A DNA stretch of 63,292 nt, filler included. It is 21 parts of 21 records of this genome, joined end to end, with 100 filler letters (N's around TTAATTAATTAA, not from the genome) between each part and the next. Parts side by side here need not be neighbours in the genome. Positions count along the whole stretch, not along the records: positions 56,489 to 59,073 come from SRR16133337_34135; positions 59,174 to 61,179 come from SRR16133337_34212; positions 61,280 to 63,292 come from SRR16133337_34381; 18 more parts are not named here. One strand, written 5' to 3'. The position numbers and the translations under genes are program-made. The stretch's first letter is position 1. The number at the start of each line of letters is the position of its first letter. The notes below the pieces were generated by a model, which saw nothing but the letters and a program-made list of their open reading frames with translations, was not told the DNA's origin and made no database searches. Shown here one piece after another: positions 56,676 through 63,292 of this stretch.

Positions 56676-57761
56676 ATGAAGAAAATTGTAACCATTCTAG
56701 GAGCAAGACCTCAGTTTGTAAAAGCAGCTGTATTGAGCAGGATTCTTTTAAAAAACCAGAAACTGGAAGAAGTAATTGTACATACAGGTCAACATTTTGA
56801 TACCCATATGAGTGCTATTTTTTTTACAGAAATGGAAATCCCAAAGCCAAAATACAATCTCAATATAAATGGATTGGGACATGGAGCCATGACGGGTCAA
56901 ATGCTCGAAAAAATAGAAGCGGTTTTACTCGTAGAAAAACCTGTTGCCGTAGTGGTTTATGGTGATACCAATTCTACCCTTGCAGGAGCTTTGGCGGCTC
57001 GGAAATTACATCTAAAAGTAATTCATATAGAAGCAGGTTTGCGTTCTTTTAATAGGGAAATGCCCGAAGAAATAAATCGCATTTTAACAGATAGAATTTC
57101 AGATTTGTTATTGTGTCCAACAGATACCGCTATTTCAAATTTACAAAAAGAAGGTTTCGAAAATTTTCCCATTCAAATGGAAAAAACTGGGGATATTATG
57201 AAAGATGCGGTGGATTATTATAGCAAAAAATCTTCTAAAAAATCAACTATTTTAAAAGACTTGAACTTAGAAACCAACAATTTTGTATTGGCAACGATAC
57301 ATCGACAAGAAAGCGTAGACAATTTGGATCGATTAAAATCTATCTTTGAAGGATTGTCACAAATTCACCAATCAAAAAAAGTGATCTTGCCATTGCACCC
57401 TCGTACAAAAAAGAAATTAGAACAAAATCATTTAAAATATCCTATTACTTTGATTGCTCCTGTTGGTTATTTTGATATGTTGGAAATGTTAAAAAACTGT
57501 AACTTGGTAGTTTCAGATAGTGGTGGCCTGCAAAAAGAAGCTTTTTTTAATAAAAAGCACTGTATCCTTGCAAGAGAAGAAACAGAATGGGTAGAATTGG
57601 TTGAGAATGGTTTTGCAACCCTTGTGGGAAGTGAGGCAACAGCGATGGTAGCTGCTTTTGAAAACGATCAAAATTCAACGGCGGATTTTTCAATAGAGCT
57701 GTATGGAAATAAAGTAGGAGAACGTATGCATACCTCTATTGTAGAGTTATTGAAGGGGTAA
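56676..57761 (+). CDS. wecB: UDP-N-acetylglucosamine 2-epimerase (non-hydrolysing)
   Basis: GARPQFVK, HTGQHFD, VYGDTNSTLAGA, HIEAGLRS, MPEEINR, SDSGGLQKEA, REETEW. Confidence 0.95.
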   Translation: MKKIVTILGARPQFVKAAVLSRILLKNQKLEEVIVHTGQHFDTHMSAIFFTEMEIPKPKYNLNINGLGHGAMTGQMLEKIEAVLLVEKPVAVVVYGDTNSTLAGALAARKLHLKVIHIEAGLRSFNREMPEEINRILTDRISDLLLCPTDTAISNLQKEGFENFPIQMEKTGDIMKDAVDYYSKKSSKKSTILKDLNLETNNFVLATIHRQESVDNLDRLKSIFEGLSQIHQSKKVILPLHPRTKKKLEQNHLKYPITLIAPVGYFDMLEMLKNCNLVVSDSGGLQKEAFFNKKHCILAREETEWVELVENGFATLVGSEATAMVAAFENDQNSTADFSIELYGNKVGERMHTSIVELLKG

Positions 57762-57839
57762 TTTATAACGAGTTAATGGCGTTTTGTTGGATGCTTTAGG
57801 AAAAGAAAACGAACCATTTAACGACTCGTAAATCATTTG

Positions 57840-57847
57840 TATCTTTG
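57840..57847 (+). promoter_or_regulatory. Bacteroidota -7 promoter element
   Basis: TATCTTTG about 47 nt upstream of the methylase start. Confidence 0.55.
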
Positions 57848-57894
57848 AAAGAAATTTCAAATTCCACTTTGTTTATTTTGGAGTAAGAGAAAAG

Positions 57895-59073
57895 ATGGCA
57901 AAACTAAATATAATAGAACAATTAGGCTTTGATAGAGCCCTTTCGATTCTTTCAGAATCTGAAACAAAATCTGAAAGTCAATCTGTTGTATTAAACCAAG
58001 TGAAAGATTTTGGTATCGATGCTGTTTATTTTTGCACGGATGAAAATGCCAATAGCTATCCCGCCGTTTTTATTAAAAAAGTAGCTTCTTTTACCGTTGA
58101 AACGCTAAAAGATATTGCAGAATCGCACAAGAAAATTTGGAGTTACAAAAAGGTCATTTTCTTTTATGTCTATTCTGATACAGAAATCCGCATCTACAAT
58201 GGTGCAGAAAAACCATTGCCTATTAAAAATAAAAATTCTGATGATAAGAAAGGACTTGAAACACTCGAAATAAACGCCTATCCATTTTCTGATAAAAAAA
58301 ACCTTCAAGAACTCTATACTTTATTTTCTTCGATTGCAATTGATACAGGAATCATTTGGACAATAGGGGAAGCAGCATCCATTAGGAAAAAAATAAATTT
58401 ACAACGTAGCGTTGATAAATATCTTGTAGAAAGTTTAATCACAACGGCAAAACAACTTCAGTCAGAAGGATTAAATATTGATTTTATTCATAAAATCATC
58501 ATGCGTTCTTTGTTTCTTTTGTATCTGGAAGATAGAGGGGCTACGGATGAAAAATTATATTCAAAAATAAGAAAAGGAGCCAAATCCTATTTTGATATTT
58601 TGGAGAACGTTGAAGACACTTATTTACTATTTAAAAAATTAGAAGATCATTTTAATGGAAATGTTTTTACCTTAGAAAAAGAAGAATCTATCACAAAAGA
58701 ACAACTTCAATTGATAAAGAAGTGTTTTATTAATGGGAATGATACGACTTCACAAATGGAGTTTTTTACAGATTGGAGATTATTTGATTTTAAGATTATT
58801 CAAATAGAATTATTAAGTGAGATTTATGAGAATTTCCTATCAGAAATCAACCCTGAACTAAAACAACAAACAGGGACTTATTATACGCCTCCATCGTTGG
58901 TAGAACTCATTTTAAATGAAAAGTTACCTGTCAATAACCAAGAGAAAAAGTTTGCTATAAAAATTTTAGATCCTTCCTGCGGCTCAGGAATCTTTTTAGT
59001 ACAGAGTTTTAAACGTTTGGTAAAACGACATGAAAATAAATACAAAAAGAAACTAACGGATTTTAATACCTTA
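57895..59073 (+). CDS. N-6 adenine DNA methylase, type IIG-like R-M protein, 3' partial
   Basis: FNGNVF, IELLSEIYENFL, GTYYTPPSLV, ILDPSCGSGIFLV, preceded by a long N-terminal domain. Confidence 0.88.
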
Positions 59074-59173
59074 NNNNNNNNNNNNNNNNNNNNNNNNNNN
59101 NNNNNNNNNNNNNNNNNTTAATTAATTAANNNNNNNNNNNNNNNNNNNNNNNNNNNNNNNNNNNNNNNNNNNN

Positions 59174-59200
59174 TTCGGGTTTCTAACCAGGCGGAGTATA
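59174..59200. mobile_element. Probable IS terminal inverted repeat at contig edge
   Basis: TTCGGGTTTCTAAccaggCGGAGTATA matches 8920-8946. Confidence 0.55.
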
Positions 59201-59243
59201 AGTTTAAGGATCCAAAAATGAAACCTTTCAACAAAAAACAATC

Positions 59244-61133
59244 ATGGAAGAAAAAAAATTTGATGCCAATTCGATAATTGGTTTTATATTACTTGGGGCA
59301 ATCATGCTTTGGTTTATGTATACAAACCAACCTGAACAACAGGATCCAGACGCTCAAACAACAGAACAACAAGTTACAACCAACACCCAAGAAGTCGCAA
59401 CTACGGGTTCTATAACGACTCCTAAAATTATCACGGATTCTTTAGCAACTGTACAAGCACAACAACGTTTAGGCAATTTTGCCTATTCTGCGTCTTTGCT
59501 TGTTGATAAAGAAGGAACTACAGTTTTGGAAAATGACGTTTTAAAATTGACTTTTTCTAACAAAGGAGCTCAAATTACGGAAGCTTTGATTAAAAACTAT
59601 CAAACGTTTGATTCATTGCCTTTGTATATGATCAAAGATGCCAACGCTTCTTTTAACATCAACTTTGAAACCACAAGCAATCGAATCTTTAACACCAAAG
59701 ATCTGGTATTTCAACCCTTCTTATCTCAAAATGAGAATGCAACACTCTTATCAATGAAATTAAAAGTTTCTGAAAGAGAGTATTTGGAATATCGCTATGA
59801 ACTAAAACCAAATGAGTATATGCTTGGATTTTCTGTTCGTTCCGTTGGATTGAGTACCGTTATCAACAGTTCCAATGCTGTAAACCTAAACTTTAGCTTA
59901 AAGGGATACCGTCATGAAAAAAGCATCAAGTATGAAGACCAAATGACGGCTTTGTACTATGAAAAAGAAGCGGGTAAAATGGATGATTTGTCAATTTCTG
60001 GAGACGATGCTGAGGAGGAAACAGATGTGAATTGGGTTGGTTATAAACAACATTTCTTTTCTACAATCCTTTTAAGTGACACTGCTTTTAAAACGGCAAA
60101 AATAACTTCCGAAACCTTATTTAAAGACGAAGCTACAGATTCTATTTACACCAAAGCATTTGTACTGCAAGCTCCCTTGTCTTTCACCAACGGTGAATTG
60201 AATTATAACTTTAATCTGTACATCGGACCCAATGACTACGGTATATTGGCAAGTTATAACAAGCAAATTGAAAATGTCATTGAATTGGGTTGGGGAATCT
60301 TTGGATGGATTAACAGAAATGCATTTATCCCCTTATTCTCTTTCTTAGGGGGGTTGATTTCTAACTATGGTTTGATTATTATTCTGATGACAATTGTCGT
60401 TAGAATCTTTATGTCACCTTTGGTATACAAATCATATTTATCAAGTGCTAAGATGAAAGTACTACGTCCAGAAATGACGGAGATCAATGATAAATATCCT
60501 GGTAAAAACAATGCCCTAAAACGCCAACAAGAAACCATGGCATTACAACGTAAAGCAGGGGTAAGTATGATGGCAGGTTGTATTCCTGCCCTATTACAAA
60601 TGCCTGTATTCTTTGCTTTGTTTAGATTCTTCCCAAGTGCTATTGATTTACGTCAACAAGGATTCTTATGGGCAGATGATTTATCATCATACGATTCTGT
60701 TTACAAATTGCCTTTCAACATTCCTCTGTATGGAGATCATATTAGTTTATTCCCTATTTTGGCTTCAGTAGCCATCTTCTTTTATATGAAAATGAGTCAG
60801 AGTCAACAAATGAACATGCAACAACCTGTACAAGAAGGAATGCCTGATATGCAGAAGATGATGAAAATGATGATCTACCTCTCCCCGATCATGATGTTGG
60901 TTTTCTTTAACAGTTATGGGGCTGGATTGAGTTTGTACTATTTTATCTCTAACTTATTGACCCTTACAATTATGTGGGTGATCAAAAACTTTATCATTGA
61001 TGAAGACAAAATTCATGCACAAATTCAAAAAAACAAAAAACGTCCTGAAAAGAAAAAGAGCAAGTTCAGAGAACGTATGGATGAGGCGATGAAACAAGCA
61101 CAAAATCAAAAAATGCAACAAAAAAGAAAGTAA
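59244..61133 (+). CDS. yidC: Membrane protein insertase YidC
   Basis: N-terminal TM, large periplasmic domain, YIGP, NYGLIIILMT, SAKMKVLRPE, GCIPALLQMP, FLWADDLS, GLSLYY. Confidence 0.97.
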   Translation: MEEKKFDANSIIGFILLGAIMLWFMYTNQPEQQDPDAQTTEQQVTTNTQEVATTGSITTPKIITDSLATVQAQQRLGNFAYSASLLVDKEGTTVLENDVLKLTFSNKGAQITEALIKNYQTFDSLPLYMIKDANASFNINFETTSNRIFNTKDLVFQPFLSQNENATLLSMKLKVSEREYLEYRYELKPNEYMLGFSVRSVGLSTVINSSNAVNLNFSLKGYRHEKSIKYEDQMTALYYEKEAGKMDDLSISGDDAEEETDVNWVGYKQHFFSTILLSDTAFKTAKITSETLFKDEATDSIYTKAFVLQAPLSFTNGELNYNFNLYIGPNDYGILASYNKQIENVIELGWGIFGWINRNAFIPLFSFLGGLISNYGLIIILMTIVVRIFMSPLVYKSYLSSAKMKVLRPEMTEINDKYPGKNNALKRQQETMALQRKAGVSMMAGCIPALLQMPVFFALFRFFPSAIDLRQQGFLWADDLSSYDSVYKLPFNIPLYGDHISLFPILASVAIFFYMKMSQSQQMNMQQPVQEGMPDMQKMMKMMIYLSPIMMLVFFNSYGAGLSLYYFISNLLTLTIMWVIKNFIIDEDKIHAQIQKNKKRPEKKKSKFRERMDEAMKQAQNQKMQQKRK

Positions 61134-61352
61134 CGAAAATCAGGAATCTACAAAAAGGCTGTAGGCTTTAAGCTATAGGNNNNNNNNNNNNNNNNNNNNN
61201 NNNNNNNNNNNNNNNNNNNNNNNTTAATTAATTAANNNNNNNNNNNNNNNNNNNNNNNNNNNNNNNNNNNNNNNNNNNNTAATGTTCTAACTTTTTGCAT
61301 TCTAGTGACGTTTTTGTTTTTCAGTTGTATTTTGTTGTTTTGTTGTTTGTAG

Positions 61353-62791
61353 TGTATCCGCTGCCGCCTACGGAGACTGGTATGATATACTAAAATCTGC
61401 ATCGATCGCAACAAAATGATAAATTTTTGAGGCTTTGAATTGTTATGATGGCGGTATTTTTCAGTTTTCATTTTTTGTTAAAAAATGTATAATTATTATT
61501 TGCGTAACTACAAAATATACTTGATTTGCTTTGATAAAATATAAGCATTTTTGTGGAACAGTGGATTTTTGTTTCATGGGAGGGTTTTTTTTCTTCAAAA
61601 AACAGCAAAGTATTATTTTTGTATTTGCGTTTTCAAAACAGAATTTGTCGGTGCATATTGTGTTATACTGACATAATGATTTTAAAAAGAGCAATACTTG
61701 ATTTTTTGAAAAAAAAATATAAACGTGTTTGTGGGAAAAATGTTGCGCTGATTAACGTAATGGTTGTCTCAAATCGAAACCTCGAATTTACATTTTGTGC
61801 ATTTGTTGCAATTCATAGTATGTTAGTATATTGTAATTAATAATAATATGAAAGGTTATATCCTATGGGGAATATAAAGTGACAGTAAAACAAATTGATT
61901 TTTTTGTCAGGTGTGAAAGCGTATTTGGGCCGCGTAACCCAAAATGAATCGCATAAACTTAAATTTCAAACCCCCTATTATGGATTTGGAACCAAACAAA
62001 ATATTCAAAAAAAAGTTTGTTTGTCCTAGAGAAAAATGTCGTTGCACTTTTTGTTGTCAACTTGGCTTAAAACGAGTATTTGGGAAAATTGAGATTACCA
62101 CAGTTTTAAGCCAAGTCGTAAATGCGAACTTAACAATTTATTTTCGTTTGTGAGTTTTTTTGAAGTTTTTTATTTTTTGAGCCAACTTCTCGCGTTGATG
62201 GTCAACCAGACGCACAAAAATGCCGCTTTTCATGGTTATATTACATGCGAAAATATCACTTTTGATCCTCTCATTTTTGCTTACACGTGTGAATTTTCCA
62301 AAACAAGATGTGATGAGAAGTGAGAGGTGGTGGAGGTTGTGTGGGTGGAAGGTATGCATGTATATCATATTGGACTCATATCCTGTCTAAAATTGTAGTT
62401 TGTCACGGAGCCCAGACATTTTTGCGTTTTAGTTATGAAAAACTCTTATTCACTCCTTTTTTAAATGGTTTGGAGGGCATAACAAGCAAAAAACATCTTG
62501 GAGATGTTTAATATTTTTTTGAAAACGAGTGTTTTTGGATGAACTTGTTTTTACAGGTTTTATTCACGGGACGAGAATTATTTTTACTGTAATTTGATTT
62601 TTTCCCATCATATAACCCCCTTTTTTTGTTTTTTGTGTGTGTTTGTTTCGCGATTTGGTTTATAGATCCACCAGGTGTGCCAACAGAACCACCAACTGAA
62701 GATCCAGAAGAAGAAACACCAGAATTCACCTTTCCTCCAACAGAACTACCAACCGAAACAGAACCACCAACTGAAGACGTCAAAGAAGTTG
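61353..62791 (+). CDS. Eukaryotic Pro/Thr/Glu-rich extracellular-type protein, partial; exons 61353-61379 and 62666-62791
   Basis: Two symmetrical phase-1 exons with canonical AG/GT: YPLPPTET and PPGVPTEPPTEDPEEETPEFTFPPTELPTETEPPTEDVKEV. Confidence 0.6.
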
Positions 62792-63292
62792 GTAAGTATT
62801 TTTAGACCATGTCAACATATATATCACCCTACTCATCCACTCACACAACTCAACCACACACACTTCCTTAATAGATTATTTTTACCACGAATGGAAGTTG
62901 TTTTCTCGCCATAAACCCGTAAGTTTTGGAATTGCGAAAAACTAGCACCTGGGTTTGTTTTTCTTCAACGGTCATGTGGAAACGTTCGTGTGGATGGGAG
63001 AGCGCGGGATATGATGTATCTTTGTTCGGTTGTATTTCTTTTTTAGCGATTATTTCATTCGTGATCACCAATTCACCAATAGTTCTCTTTCTTTTTTTGT
63101 ATTTTCAACTTATTGCCGGTATTGACTTAAAGTGTACACATTCTAAAATTTGCAAACTGTTAAAAAGTAAGAATTTCCAAGAAAAAAATTATGTTTCTAG
63201 AAGTGATGTTCAACATCCCATGCGCTTTTATTATAAGCTAGTGTGATGGTAGGAGTTTCATTTGACAAGTGGGAAAAAAAAGCGTAAGTCCA

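Noticed and set aside
2114..61279. Regularly recurring TTAATTAATTAA palindrome as a biological repeat or CRISPR-like array
   Set aside because: Always centred in a fixed 100-bp N spacer; it is a six-frame-stop linker added during concatenation.
1..63292. rRNA or tRNA genes
   Set aside because: None recognised by eye; tRNAscan-SE or barrnap would be needed to exclude them formally.

Overview
This is not one locus. It is 21 unrelated contig fragments joined by 20 identical 100-bp artificial spacers (N44-TTAATTAATTAA-N44), so adjacency across a spacer carries no biological meaning. Nine fragments are gene-dense and look like Bacteroidota (Flavobacteriaceae-like). They carry hupE/nifU/mrp; a C-protein/m5C-MTase/REase type II R-M cassette; a type IIG R-M gene plus an ABC-type ATPase; a type II-C cas9 with a readable divergent tracrRNA; ilvD-ilvB; a surface-polysaccharide locus; a yhcG-mod-rhuM-res type III R-M locus; wecB plus a second IIG-type methylase; and yidC. 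Twelve fragments are AT-rich eukaryotic DNA with GT-AG introns. Manual splicing recovers pieces of ASCH, SnoaL-like, WDR1/AIP1, tyrosinase, GOSR1-like SNARE, P-loop NTPase and Pro/Thr-rich genes, plus TA-flanked MITE-like elements. The best leads are the accessory genes inside or beside the R-M systems, the CCAACGCT-type repeats and probable IS end flanking the type II R-M cassette, the Cas9/tracrRNA pair with internal duplications, and an acyl-tailoring module in the polysaccharide locus. All family calls come from motif recognition and memory; no searches were run.
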